Below, piece by piece: positions 44,821 to 57,605 of a DNA stretch of 64,000 nucleotides. How positions within the stretch are numbered: the stretch's first letter is position 1; each line of letters begins with the position of its first letter. The position numbers and the translations under genes were made by a program. A model generated the notes under the pieces. The model was not told the origin of the DNA, ran no database searches, and saw nothing but the letters and a program-made list of their open reading frames with translations. The DNA is from Podarcis melisellensis (lineage: Eukaryota): assembly GCA_964234715.1 (NCBI GenBank), contig OZ174283.1. One strand, given 5' to 3'.

Positions 44821-47800
44821 CTGAATGCATTGCAGAAAGGAAGAAAACAGGAAACAAGTGGTCTGTTATGTAGAATTCTTGATAATAAACTACTATGATC
44901 ATTACAGAGCAGCTCAGTTCATTTGAAACACATGCCCCCAAATGGTGTTTTTGGCTTGGCCCTGGTGGCATATGTGAGACTGCCAACATATTCAGGCCCT
45001 TAAACAGGAGGCTGCAATTGCTTCAATTAATTCCGGAATCCAATGTCATATCTAATGCAAGCAACACTTTGTCTGTTATCTCTTGTGAGTGAATGGATTG
45101 ACCCTAAAAGCATATCCTGCATTTCCTGAGAGGGCCAAGCTGAACCATTTTCCAGCAAAGGTGAGATCACCTCATTAGAATGAGATCTGAGTCGTGGACT
45201 TTGCTTTAACCCTGTGGTAAAACAGCTGGCATGACTTAGGCAGACCCAGGAAAACACATTACCTGTGTCTTTCTACTATAATGATTCATTGCGAAAAGCC
45301 TGGTTCAGATTGAAGTGAGGTTTACTGGTAAGTTTCCCCTGTTACTGGATGTATACTGTATTCATAGTTTGTACAGCCATTTGGGATCACACCAGAAGGC
45401 TGCTCTGCTTTCAGATGCTCTATAGGTGGGTGTGGAAGATGGCTTTTCTCCCTGTCATTAACTTAAGTTAGACCCTTTCCTTGTCTCAATCTTCTCCATA
45501 CTCCTTGTATCTGAACTGTGTTTGTCATTTTCTTCGGAATTATTCAGGACTCCTTCATGCAGAGGCCCCTTTCCCAAAGGATAATTTTTTCTATGTTTAA
45601 ATGAATTGAAAGGATAAAACTGGAGATTAATTGCAAGGAAAGAAGCATTTTGACTAGACTCTGCAAGGCCCTGGTGGATTTTGTTGTCCGGTAGGTAGGT
45701 AAGAAAGAGAGACAATGTCTGCAGGGACACTGGGTTTCACTGGAACTAATAAGCAGACTGCTCAGCTGTAGACAACTAGCACATTATAGACAGTGCCCCT
45801 CTTGAGTTGCAGTAGACAACCCAGTTTTTCACCTTTCCAAGTTCGTTCAACCACATGACAGGTAAATATTAGCACCTCAACTTTTGTACTTCTTTCTGTT
45901 TTCTGAATTTCCCAGTCCCATGCACTTTTAGTCTTTCCATTCTATGCCTGTAGAACAGTGGACCCTCCAGATACGAACTTAATTCGTTCCGGGGGTCCGT
46001 ACATACCCCGAAAAGTCTGCATCTAGAGGCGCCGCTTCTGCACATGCACGCGGCACGATAGAGCACTTCTGCACATGCGCGGCGAAACCCGGAAGTATAC
46101 ACTTCCGGGGTTGCCGCATTCACAACCCGAAAGTTACGTTACCCGAAGGTAACGTAACACAAGTGTCCACTGTAGTAACTAAGCATTTGGGCCAAGCAAT
46201 GTGTGGGTGGTTTAGCCTGTGTAACTAAGCACCTAACTCAAACATTTGCTAGAAATCATCTGCATATGTTTGGGGAAAGAGATGATAGCAGAAAGCAGAT
46301 GATTTATACTTGCCAGCTAGACCCTGGAGCAAGCCAGAAATGAAATTATTCAACTTTTTATGTTCAAAGAGTATCTCAAAACTCATCCTTACCTGGACGA
46401 TTATACCCTGGCGTGTCCTGGGTGGAAATCTGGTACATTGGAGATGGCCCAGAGTAGAGATGGGGAGGCTGTGGCTGACCGTAAGAGTTCACTAGCAGAG
46501 AAAAGGGGAAAAGAACAATCAATAGCCCCAACTACCTGCTTGCAACCTGGAAACACAAACGATTAAGGTGGGATATGTGACTTCTACACATGCTCTCAGG
46601 TCTTCCTATAAGTTTATCTGTAGCATCATCTGGGATACAGAAAATCAGGGATGGTTTCTATCATTCAACTGGTTTGGCTCCTTTGCCAGATATAAATATG
46701 AAAAACAATTAGCAACTTTCTCAATACATAAAAAATCAAAAACATATATGTACAATTTGCATTTTCTACAAAACACAGATCTGTTTTTGGTTTCAGTTTT
46801 GTTGTATGTGAATTCATGTACCTCACTAGCCATGTCTGAGCACTATAGTTACAAAGTTGACATAAATTTGCTAGATCAACTTTTAAAGACTTCCTCTTTT
46901 TATCTTAATGCTCTTTTAAAAGCATACTAATTCAGCTTTGCAAAGAAATCCACAAAAATTACTAGCCCACTAGGCCTTCATACACCAGTTCAGTAAATTT
47001 TGAAAAACTGTTACAAGTCTTTCATTGTATAATTAATTCCATCGTGGATTAACTGGAGGCATTTCTTACAGGTAAGTGGTTATTTACAAACCTATGCTAC
47101 TCATATGACTTTACTGCACTAGAGTAAATGTGGTGGGGTGCAATTTGAAGTCGAAGAGGTAACAATATGTAGATGTTTTCACACAATGTGTCATCAGATC
47201 TCTATCCATGCAACATAATGAGCATGTGCAGCCCAGTATTCATATTTTATGGACAACAGAAGACTCTTTGGAAATGGCTGAATTGTGGAATAAATTCATG
47301 CCATGCAATCTCACTCTAGCAGTGAAAAATGGGGCAACCTGAACATCCTTTGATAACTGCAAATGTGTCTTTGCATTTGTATAAGCTCTGTGAATTCTTC
47401 TGATTCTTTTCAGCAAAGGCTTTCTTTCTTATCTCCATGTGTTTCATGGGTGACTTGTGAATAAGCTTTTGCAGAATGCTTTCCTATAACTTGTTTTAAA
47501 CCCGCTGTGTGTTGCTAAGAAGTGGTCATCAGGTCCCTGATTGTTTTCCTTGAGTCTTTCACACTAGTCAGAACGATAAAAGCTGAGATAGGCTGATAAA
47601 CTATGTCTTGGCCCTTTTGAAACAGACACACATGCACCCATTCATGAGGTACATTTTCATCTCTCAGCAAAACACAGTATTTCTCAGTATGCACAGACAC
47701 ACACTTGCTAGCTGTGTAAAGTGGCAAAGAACTGGACATGCTTAGCCATCCATCCTGTGCAAATCTGAGCCTACCGTAAGTGGGGGGAAACTCCTTTATG

Positions 47801-50800
47801 GTAATGGCAGTTGCCAACATTGCAGCATGTGTTTGCTACCATCTTTGCATTGCTCAGATATACTCTGAGCACTGAACATTCAGAATTTTTGGCGATGGTA
47901 CAGGCACCTCAAACACCTCAAACTACACTCTTCTGTTCCCCCCCCCCCTGCATACTAAGGGATCAGGCAAAACAGATCAAGGTTAGGGAAAATCTGAGAG
48001 ACGGAGACCGGATGTGACAAAAACATATGCTTTGTTGAACCTTTTATCCCCATCCCTAGAAACGATGCCACGTGAGGGGGTGTGGCTACACCTCTTTGAT
48101 TCCGCCTCACCTACTGTCCTGGCATGGCAGGTCCCCACCCAGAAAGCCCTGCTGAGTACCTTGGTTCATGGGCTGCTCTTGTTTGCCACTATTCATGGCA
48201 CAGGACTCGGAGATTCGGGGAAGCTGCTGTGGGCCTCCCAGATGAGGGAGCTGACCGGTCTGGGTGAGAAAGTGATTGAGGGAGTCACAGAGGTTGGCAA
48301 TGTGATGCTGATCTAGGGTCCAGTTCTTACGCTCAGCCTGGCGCAGACTCTCCATCAACTCTGCAGGGGCCAGAGAAAGAGAGAGGTAAGAAACTAGGCG
48401 TCACTGTTCTCTACTCTTGCCAAAGAGATCCTTCTCTATATCTCTACTTCCCACTCTAAGCCTTTGAAGGGCCCCTTTCCCCCTCTACCAGAGTGAAGGG
48501 TGTAAGGAAATAACATAACATGACCCACCTGAGAACTGGGAGTGCTCAATGCTAGACCAGTTCAGCCGATTCACCATCTTGAAACTTTCTTTTAGGGAAT
48601 CTATGTTGGAGCACCACTCAGGGGGAAATGCTGAAAAATGGGGGACACAAAATAGTCAACAGGGTGTACCCCCATACCTTATATTAGACACCAAATACAT
48701 GCCTAATACATTTATCTCTAAAATCCTGAACTGAACAACCTACCTCCTCATGACAACGTAACTCTTCTCTGTACCCAGCCACTCCACTCCCTGTTTTATT
48801 CATTAATTCATTCAAAGCTTTCCAAGCTCCTTTTATCATCAATAATGGCTTACAAAAATTGAAGCTAATAAAATAATAGATATAAACACAAACACCCAGC
48901 AGCTAAAAGCAAAATTTAAAGCCATCTAGTCTAGGGAACCACCCACTAACAGTGCCTCAGTCTTATCTGGATTGAGTTTCAGTTTGTTGCCTCCCATCCT
49001 GTCCATTATCAAGGCAAGACACTGGTCCAGCACTTCCACTGCCTCACGTTCAAATGTAAAGGAGAAATAGAGCCCAGTGTCATCAGCATACTGCTGACAA
49101 GGTACTCCAAACCTGTGGATAACCCCACCCAGTGCTTTCATGTAGATGTTAAACAACATGGGGGATAGGAGTGAGCCATGCAGGACCCCACATTGAAGGT
49201 TCCACATGGCTGAAAAACATTCCCCAAGCAACACCCTCTGGGAATGACCATACAAGTAGGACTGGAACCACCGCAAAGCGGTGCCACCCACACCTAGTTC
49301 AGACAGTTGCTCCAGGATACCATGGTTGATGGTATCAAAAGCCATTGAGAGGTCGAGAAGAATTGACAGGGACACGTTTCCAAAGCCGTTTCTGTGCCTA
49401 AACCCCAACTGAAATGGATCTGGAAAATCAGTTTCTTCCAAAAGTGCCTGGGTATGGTCTGCGACCACTAGCTACAGAACCTTGCTCAGGAAAAGGAGAT
49501 TAGCAACTGCTGTAGTGAGTTAGGTTTTCCAAATCCAGGGAATTTTTCTTCTGGGCTGCCCTCCCCCCGCCACCCCAAACTTCTGAGGGAGTGGAACTAG
49601 CAAGAAGGCCCCACTGCTTATCTTAACACCTGAGAGGATCTGAAGGGAAGAAGATAGTTTCAGAAATTTGGGGCTCATGTTGTTAAGGGCTTTAAACGCT
49701 AACGTAAGCACCCTGAATTGAACCCAGAAACTATCTGGCAACCAATGCAGCTGTTTTAAAACAGGGATTATATTGGAGTTCTAAATGGAACCCCAGCTGC
49801 ATTTGGATCAATTGAAGTTTTCGAGTTGTATTCAAGGGCAGCCCTATGGAGAGTGAATTGCAACAATCCAGTCCATAAGTTACTGTGTACTGTGACCATA
49901 TCATCTCTGTCCAAAAGGGCCTCAGCTAGATATAGGCACTCCTAGTCAAAACCACCTGAGCCTACAGTGATAGTGTTGGACCTTGGAGTAAACCCAAGGC
50001 CCAGTGCAGGGTACAATCAAGAGAGCCGCAGTCAGTTCTGACTTCCTGCACAATGCAGGCCTGCACAAGTGTGTTTTTCCACATTCACACTTGACTATCT
50101 TTGGTGCACAGCTAAAAATGTAAACTGTGATGTGGCCCTTCATGATTTGCTCAGAAGGAACGTGCCAAAAGCTCCTCAACTCCAAAATTTCAGCCTTGCC
50201 TAGTCCATCTGTCCTTCATTCAATGAATATTTCTGTCAGTTTGCCCACTCTGTAACTCACCAAAGCTAGCATTATTCATGGAAGCTTGTGATTGCTGCTG
50301 CTGCTGTTGCTGTTGTTGTTGTTGCTGCTGCTGCTGCTGCTGTGAATGGGAGTGCGGGTGGTGGTGCTGATGCTGGTGATATCCTCCATGCTGCATTGAA
50401 GAGGGGTGAATGGACATCACAGGTGGGGGGCCATAGCTGTCACCTCCTTGCTGCTTGCCACCCTGGGATGGACAGCCTTCTGAGGTTGGAGTGTGGAGGG
50501 GGGGTGCAGCTCCCACCGAGGAGGGCACCTGCTGCTGGTGGTACATATAGTAATTGTGGTTGGAGGGCTGCATGTCACCCAGGAGGGAAGAGAAATCTGA
50601 AGGGAGGATTAAGAGGAAAGTATTAAAATGGGTGGCGGGCCCTTTTTAGCCTGGAGGGCCACATTCACCTGTGCCCAGCCCTCCAGGGGCCACTATGGCC
50701 ACTCACTCTCTTATCAGGTACATGCACTTATGCATACACACACAAGACACACACAAGCATATTATGGCCCTCCTTCTGATGACTGGCAGAGGGGGCAGTG

Positions 50801-53800
50801 AACACCTCTATCTGGGAACTGGGCTCTGCCCACCCCACGTTTTTTAATCCCTATCTCACCATTTTGCTGCGGCTGCCAACATTGGCAAGGTCTTGGACAG
50901 CCAGAAAAAACTGTGTGTGCATGGGAGGGGCAAATCACGACCCTGAACTGAGGTTAACCACCCCTGCATTAAAATACACAAAGGTAGCAGAAACATCAGT
51001 TCTATACCTTTCCTAGAAATGAGGCAAGTACCCCAAATATTATAAAACAAGCCATTAGCACTTCAGTGACCACATTTCTAGCAATGTTCACTAAACAGCA
51101 GCTTAGGTCCAGAATTTTTAACCCCTTTTCTACGCGAATAACACAAAAGACAAGATTAGCTTCATGAGATGCTGCCCCCCAGTGGCTGTAACTGATTAAT
51201 AGAATGCAAAGTACTCTGGAGTAGGCCTGGGCGATATACAGTATTGATCTATCGCCCAGGACCGTTATGAGGGGCAGACCGTGATGATGGCTTCACTCAG
51301 TGGTATATTGTGGGTGACACTGCTGCTTCCAGAGACCCTCTGCTACCAGCACCCAGCACGCCAAGGGAACAACAAGCTGCAGTGGGGCTGCTCGCCCGCC
51401 CCGCCCCCCACACCAGCGAAGGCAGAGGGAGTCCTGCAAACGGAGTCCTGTCAGGCTCCGTCACAGGGCTCACTCTGTCTTGGGGAGTCATGGGGCTCGC
51501 TCAGCTGGAGCCTTCCTGCCCCCCAGCTGAGCAGCAGGCTGGGGCCAGCTGCCACTGGCCCTAGGGTAAAAGTGTCTCAGCTCCCGCGGTGACAGCTGTG
51601 GCAGATTCACCCAGTGCCTCGCAGGCTGGGGCAACTGCAGCTAGTTTCAGCATCGCCAAACCACAATGTTTGGCTGGTGATACACCACAATGTGGATCGC
51701 CCAACCCTACTCTGGAGTTGGGAAACAAGTACCATATTTCACCAAATGACCATCGCACCCTGCTTTTTCAGTCCAAAAACAAGGTTACCTTTCATTGCAT
51801 GGTATAATTCTGTTTGTCCTGCCACTTAAACAGAGCAGCAATGTATTCACCAGTGGGATATGGATACACATTTTTCTCTTGCACATTGTGCATTGCAAGC
51901 CACAAGCTTAGCATTCTCAGTGCACATGTCAGTATACTATACTGCATTTCCATAGGTGCAAGTGAAGTGTGCAGACGGGCATAGCTGCCTTGAGTGAGGC
52001 ACATGATATGATAAGACCTGCATCTTCCTGCGATAGCTTAGTGATAATAAAATTTAGTAATAATAAGATTATTGCTTCACATAATGGTTGCACCCCACTT
52101 TGGGGCAAAAAAAGGCATAAAATCTGTGGCAATTATACGGGGAATTATGGTAATCTTTCTCTGCAACCTATTTCTAGCTATTGATCTTTCCCCTTTCCCT
52201 ACAGCATAGGCATGTCCCTAACCCAAGAGGTCAGCTAAAACACTCAATCCATTATTGAGCATATAGTTCTGTAGCAATTTTTAATTTAGTATGCATTCTA
52301 CAAAAAAGGAGGTTTCATTGAAAAAGGGACATAGGATTTCTCTAGAGCAGGCCAACTTCTTCAGTTGAGAAGGGCTCTTAAAGTGTAGGGGCCTCATTCT
52401 AGCCTCAACATCAGGAAGAACTTTCTGACAGTAGGAGCTGTTCAGCAGTGAAAAAGACTCCCTTGGGAGGTGGTGGACTCTCCTTCCTTGGAAGTTTTTA
52501 AGCAGAGTTTGGCTGGCCATCTGTCATGGATGCTTTAGCTGAGATTCCTGCATTGAAGGGGTTGGACTAGATGACTCCCAAGGGTCTCTTTTTTAAGTCT
52601 ACAATTCTATGATTCTAAGATGATTATCTGGGGTGCAGACACCTCTCTCTCCCCCACCCACCGATCATATCTGGCACTGTTACTCACCATGCTGGGATGA
52701 GGAGGATTTCTCAAGCATGGATTTATAGAGATTTCGGAAGGACCAGCTCAGGTCCTGGAAGTTGATCTCAGAATAGGAGAATTTCAAGTCGTTGCTGTTA
52801 CTGTAATGTGGAGGTGGCACATCTGGACCTTCACGGCTCTGACCGCCAGCCACTGTTGCTGCCACATCCACAGGCCCTGTGCTCTGCTGAAGATAAACAG
52901 GTGTATTAAATAGAATTCTAGCCTTTTGAAACCAGGGATTGTATATGTACAATTCCCCCATTTTCAGAGCTATTAGCTCTGGCCCACATCCAAGGCATGC
53001 CACTGTGCCGCAGCTCATTTCATCCATGTCCTATTTTGCTTTTCAATAGCCTTCTCCCATTGTCTTCCTCCCTCCTCCCAGCTCCCTCTCAGCAGTCACC
53101 TTTTTCTGCTGCTTCTCCCTCTTCTTACCCTCGACTCACCTGACTGTAATTGCCAATAGGCGGTGTGCTTTGCAAGGATAGCTGCTGAGTGGATTCGGGG
53201 GACAGTGATGATTCTGCCCCAACAGAAACAGGCCCCCGGGGGCTCTTGCTTGCCTCTTGCTCTGGGGAATCCTGGGACAGCTGGACAGATGGGAAATATG
53301 CGCATAAGAAACACATGGGCCGAGAAGTAAAACTGCAGAGAAACAACTCACTCTAGAGTTGACAGAAAATTGATAGGACTAGATAGGGGCAAGTATGGCA
53401 GTCAAGGAGAGCGTCACCTGCCACGCAATGTGCTAGAGCAGGAGGGAAATTAAAACTCCATGTCTAGTGGTTGAACAACGGACTTACATGCGGTGAGCCA
53501 ATTTAAGATCACCAGCCAAGACATAACTACAGTGGCGCCTCGCAAGACGAAAAGAATCCGTTCATCTAGCGGTTTTTTCATCTTGCGAAGCAAGCCCATT
53601 GACAGCTTAGTGGATTAGCGCTACAGCGGTCTAGCGGCTTCTAGCGATCAGCTGTTAAGCGGCTTATCAGCGGATCAGCTGTTAAGCGGCTTAGCGGCTT
53701 AGGAAAAGGGGGGGAAAGCGGGGAAAAAACCGCGGGGACTCGCAAGATTTTTTCAACTTGCGAAGCAACCCCATAGGGAAATTCGTTTTGCGAAGCGCCT

Positions 53801-56800
53801 CCAAAACGGAAAACCCTTTCGTCTAGCGGGTTTTCCGTCTTGCGAGGCGTTCGTCTTGCGGGGCACCACTGTATTGAACGAACCTCAGAAACCTCATGTG
53901 AAATAAACACATGAACTTTCCAATTAAGTACATTTTATGTGATTAGCTATAAGTTTTAATTGATTAATTAACTGATCTATCAATTAAATCTGCATACGGG
54001 TTAAAACAGTGTTTCTACAGCACAAAGCACTTTCTTTGTTCTGTGTGTTGTGGCACTCGTCACGGTCCTCCATGCCCCAGTAGAGGTTTAGTCGTGCTGG
54101 CCAGATGACCCAGAAAGCTGTCTGCAGGCAAACACCACTCCCTCAAACTGAAAAGTGAGATGAGCGCCACACCCCACAGTCGTCTTTGAATGGACTTAAC
54201 TGTCCAGCGTTCTTGGACAGGCATCATCCTAGAAGAGGCATCCCCCACACCCACTGAACGCAAAAAAAGATGGAATGCTTCTTTTAAGCACTTGTACTAA
54301 AAATAATATTTATAAAAAAATAAATTGCTGTACAATTAATTGCAGCATCTTTTTGGGTGATTAAAAGTTTTTTAATTAACTAATTTAACCCTTTAATTTA
54401 ATGTATTACTGCGTATTTACTCTAGAGCCAGTCTCACTCTGTTTAGTGGGGTTTACTCCAAGGCATGTGTGCACAAGAATGCAAGCAAAACATTGCAGCC
54501 CTACTGAATGATTTAATAAATCTATGCTGTTTTTGGAGCAATATAGCTAATACAGTTATTAATCATTAGGTTAGTAATTTAAAAGAACAAAATTAAAGTC
54601 ATTTAAATTAAGCACGTGTGTATAATTTATTATGTATTTTGCTATTTAAATAATAATAATTCTGATTCTGCTAATAATGGAGCAGGCTGAGGAAGAAAGG
54701 GCAAAGGGGGTGAGGCGCTCAAGCCTTTCCCTCCTTTGGCTGCTGCAAATCTTATGCAATTCTTCTCTATTTCCAAATCTCAGCAGACATTGCTCATGCA
54801 CTGACAAACATTGCTTCAAGCCCATAAAGGCTACAAACTTGCTTTTAAAAAAACATGAAAGTGAAGGCTCGCAGAAGCCTGAGTTTTATGACCAATGCAT
54901 TACTTCTGAGCCATGTAGGATCATGCCCTTTGGAAAAAGTGGATCTCTTAATCATCTCACAAATGCTTTGGATTTTGAGGGTAGGAATGGGGAGCCCCAC
55001 TCACATCGTCATCTGGTGGGTGACGCCTCTTCCGGGAAATATCAGGACAGGTATCTATGGTCCAGTAAGAACCCTGCAAAGAGTAAGATATGCTGGTGAA
55101 AGGAGTATAAAACCAACCCTTGATATCAGCGATAGCAACAGCAGCAGTGCAACCCATAATACCAAAGAGCATGCAGGTTGCCACAGCTTATCAATTACTC
55201 TTGCAGCACAAGACAGGTCCTTTCTTTACATTGCAACATCATTGCAACATCATCCTTGATACTTTTTTGTGATGTCTCAATCTCAATACTCCTTCAGTCT
55301 CCAATAAACTCTTGGGAAGAACAGGTTGGACAAGAACAGCAATTCTGATGTAAAAGTATGAAAAAGAAGGACCAGGGCAGAAATCCAGTAAAATCTAAAA
55401 AAAGGTGATGTTTTGCTCCTGTTGCAGCATAGTTCTGGGGTCATGCGCACACATGTTACAGTCTGGGATACAAAGGCCCACTGCTTTCTCTTAGCTTTCC
55501 CAAATGTGCACACACCGAAGAAGTCAGAGCTATTTCATCCACAGTAGAGTTTATTACTTATTACTATTACTGAGAGATACAGAAGAACAAAACCTGAATG
55601 TTCTTTCCTTGCTTCTTCAGCAGAGCAGCAAATACCTATGCCCTACTTTTACACAAACCTTTGCTCTAGCCTGGAGTAGGAGCAGCAGAATTTTCAACTT
55701 GCCTGCATATTTTATGTCCTCACTTAATCTGTTCATTCACATTAGTCCAATTTCTGCCAAGAGCAGGAGTGGGGGTTTAGAAGTCAATGCAACATTGGTT
55801 TAAAAAACACCTCCCCACCACGATGGTCAAATGTCTAGCTTGATCCCTCTCACCTTTCCAGGGTCGTCCCGAGGGCGAGGCACTTTCCGAAAGCATTTGT
55901 TCAGAGACAGATTGTGACGAATGGAGTTCTAGGGAGGAAAAAAATGACACAGCTAACAGGCAGGCTGCTCACCCATGCCCTTATCACCTCCCTAGCGCAA
56001 ATGCTGCTGCTTTCCCCTCAGCCAGAGTTCCCAGGCACAGCTATGGTGGTGGTTGTTGTTTTGCCACATCGAGAGGGGGGAGCAGGAGATGGAGTACTGG
56101 GTGGGAAGGGAAGGATGTGGCAGGCAAGAACAGTGAGGGCTAAGCAGCCTCTTTCCACCTACCACACCTGCCCTGGAAGTCATCCCACCTGTGGTATTTT
56201 GGAGAAGCAGCAGCCAAGCTTCCAACCCCAAAGAGCAGTTCCAATCTCCCCACCAGGATGCAGATTTGCATCTCTTACCTACACAATGGGAAATCCAGAA
56301 CCGAGAAAAGGCAAGGTCTTCTCTTAGAACCAATGTTCTACTCCAGGGATGGGGAACCGTAGGCCCAGAAGATGGAGGCACATGTGACTGAAGAAACCCT
56401 TAGATTTTGTGTTCCTAGAAAGTAGCCTGCTGTGCATTTCTCTGCCCAATTCTTCCTCTGGCCCTGCACATCCCTGGCAAGTGGCCTCTAGAAGGTCCCC
56501 CATGAAGGAACTGAGTAAAGTGCAGAAGGTTCCCCCACCACAGCTCCTCAGACAAAGGTTACAGCACAGACTGCCTCACCGAACCCCGAAAAGCTAAATT
56601 TCTCCTTTACTCTGCAGGAAGAATTAAGGCTGCATGAAACACATGTGACTAATCTGCAGCACATAGTGGTAGTTATGGCGTGTACCTCCACCTACCTCTA
56701 GCATGGTGAAATGCCATGGACTGCATATTTGCTATGGCCAATCGCAGGCTCTGATTTAGCCTGTGGCACAAGCCCCAACCAAGAAGGCTGGCTACCACTG

Positions 56801-57605
56801 GCACAGAAGAGAGCCTCTGACTCGAAATAGGAATCTGTAGCTCATATTCCAGATTATTATTACCCTCTTTATCTGCACTGAACTAGAAACTATATTTATA
56901 TATGTACTTATTGCTGATGTTTTTACTGTTGACTGCTTCAGGATGTTTCATGGGAAGAAATTAATAAATGAAATCAATGTTATCTATTTTAAAGATACAG
57001 AATGGACTTCAAGCGTATAGAAGAGGCATGGAGAAGCTGAAGACTGAAACACTCATATGGGAAAGTTTCACCTCCCCTCTGGTCAAAATTTAGAATGTAA
57101 GTGCCTTGAGGCGGAGATTTGTTTTTGTGTTACATTGAGTCTGTAAAACACCACGCACATTCATGGCGTGATCATACAATATAACATTAAATGGGAATGG
57201 ATTTTCATAGGAGCAGAAGCTGGAACTTCTGCTCCCATGAATGAACTTCTGAGAATGCCCAAGTCTACTTACCTTCCACCCAATGCCAGCATTCTTATAG
57301 TAGGGAAAGTTGTCACAAATCCAGCGATAGATCTCACTGAGGGTCATCTTCTTGGCCGGGGATGAATTGATAGCGTAAGTGATCAGAGTGGCATAGCTGT
57401 AGCGCGGCTTCCCATCCTGGTGGACTGCAGCATCATCTTTGCTCAAGGTGGCATTGGGGTCAGTGGGGGAGCCAGGAGAGCACTTCCGACCGGCCCCTGG
57501 GGGACCTGACTGGGAGGCACCCCCTAATTTCTCAATAGTGGCTCGCAGAGTGAGCTGTGGGAGCCAATCAATGGAAGTGAGGCTGCTTTCCAGATCAGAG
57601 GCCAT
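44741..57605 (-). CDS. FOXJ2: Forkhead box protein J2 (544 aa, 10 coding exons; non-coding first exon not located)
   Basis: Exons 57273-57605, 55854-55928, 55005-55073, 53140-53280, 52688-52886, 50261-50596, 48529-48630, 48160-48360, 46393-46491 and 44741-44820 sum to 1635 nt in frame; [15 protein letters not shown], forkhead [26 protein letters not shown]-terminal [13 protein letters not shown]. Confidence 0.97.
45956..46172. mobile_element. Tc1/mariner (Tigger-type) MITE, family D
   Basis: TIRs cagtggaccctc / aagtgtccactg, TA at the right end; internal palindromic ccggaagtatacacttccgg. Confidence 0.75.
46393..46491 (-). CDS. FOXJ2: FOXJ2 coding exon 9
   Basis: gctag|[33 protein letters not shown]|gtaagg. 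Confidence 0.92.
48160..48360 (-). CDS. FOXJ2: FOXJ2 coding exon 8
   Basis: tgcag|[41 protein letters not shown]|gtactc. Confidence 0.92.
48529..48630 (-). CDS. FOXJ2: FOXJ2 coding exon 7
   Basis: ttcag|[34 protein letters not shown]|gtgggt. Confidence 0.93.
48920..49510 (-). mobile_element. L2/CR1-group LINE reverse transcriptase fragment
   Basis: [37 protein letters not shown] and [12 protein letters not shown] motifs. Confidence 0.9.
49600..49900 (-). mobile_element. Separate L2-type LINE 3' fragment
   Basis: [13 protein letters not shown] and [23 protein letters not shown] remnants. Confidence 0.65.
50261..50596 (-). CDS. FOXJ2: FOXJ2 coding exon 6 (Pro/Gln/His-rich, polyQ)
   Basis: ttcag|[27 protein letters not shown](Q)[11 protein letters not shown]|gtgagt. 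Confidence 0.93.
51222..51709. mobile_element. hAT-superfamily MITE
   Basis: TIRs taggcctgggcgat / atcgcccaacccta; perfect 8-bp TSD ctctggag (51214-51221, 51710-51717). Confidence 0.85.
52400..52617 (+). mobile_element. CR1 3'-end fragment
   Basis: aacatcaggaagaactttctgacagt..ggttggactagatga..attctatgattcta tail. Confidence 0.85.
52688..52886 (-). CDS. FOXJ2: FOXJ2 coding exon 5
   Basis: ttcag|(Q)[40 protein letters not shown]|gtgagt; CAGCAG tandem acceptor. Confidence 0.93.
53140..53280 (-). CDS. FOXJ2: FOXJ2 coding exon 4
   Basis: tccag|[23 protein letters not shown]|gtgagt. Confidence 0.92.
53530..53871. mobile_element. Tc1/mariner (Tigger-type) MITE, family E, with internal tandem repeats
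   Basis: TIRs cagtggcgcctcgcaagacgaa / ttcgtcttgcggggcaccactg; TA TSD. Confidence 0.88.
54050..54210 (+). mobile_element. Sauria SINE 3' fragment
   Basis: gtttagtcgtgctggcca.atgacccagaaagctgtctg..gagatgagcgcc matches the other copies. Confidence 0.75.
55005..55073 (-). CDS. FOXJ2: FOXJ2 coding exon 3
   Basis: tgcag|[23 protein letters not shown]|gtgagt. Confidence 0.95.
55854..55928 (-). CDS. FOXJ2: FOXJ2 coding exon 2 (forkhead helix 3/wing)
   Basis: cctag|[25 protein letters not shown]|gtgaga. Confidence 0.96.
57273..57605 (-). CDS. FOXJ2: FOXJ2 first coding exon
   Basis: ATG at 57605, acceptor ~57629; [64 protein letters not shown]|gtaagt. Confidence 0.97.
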
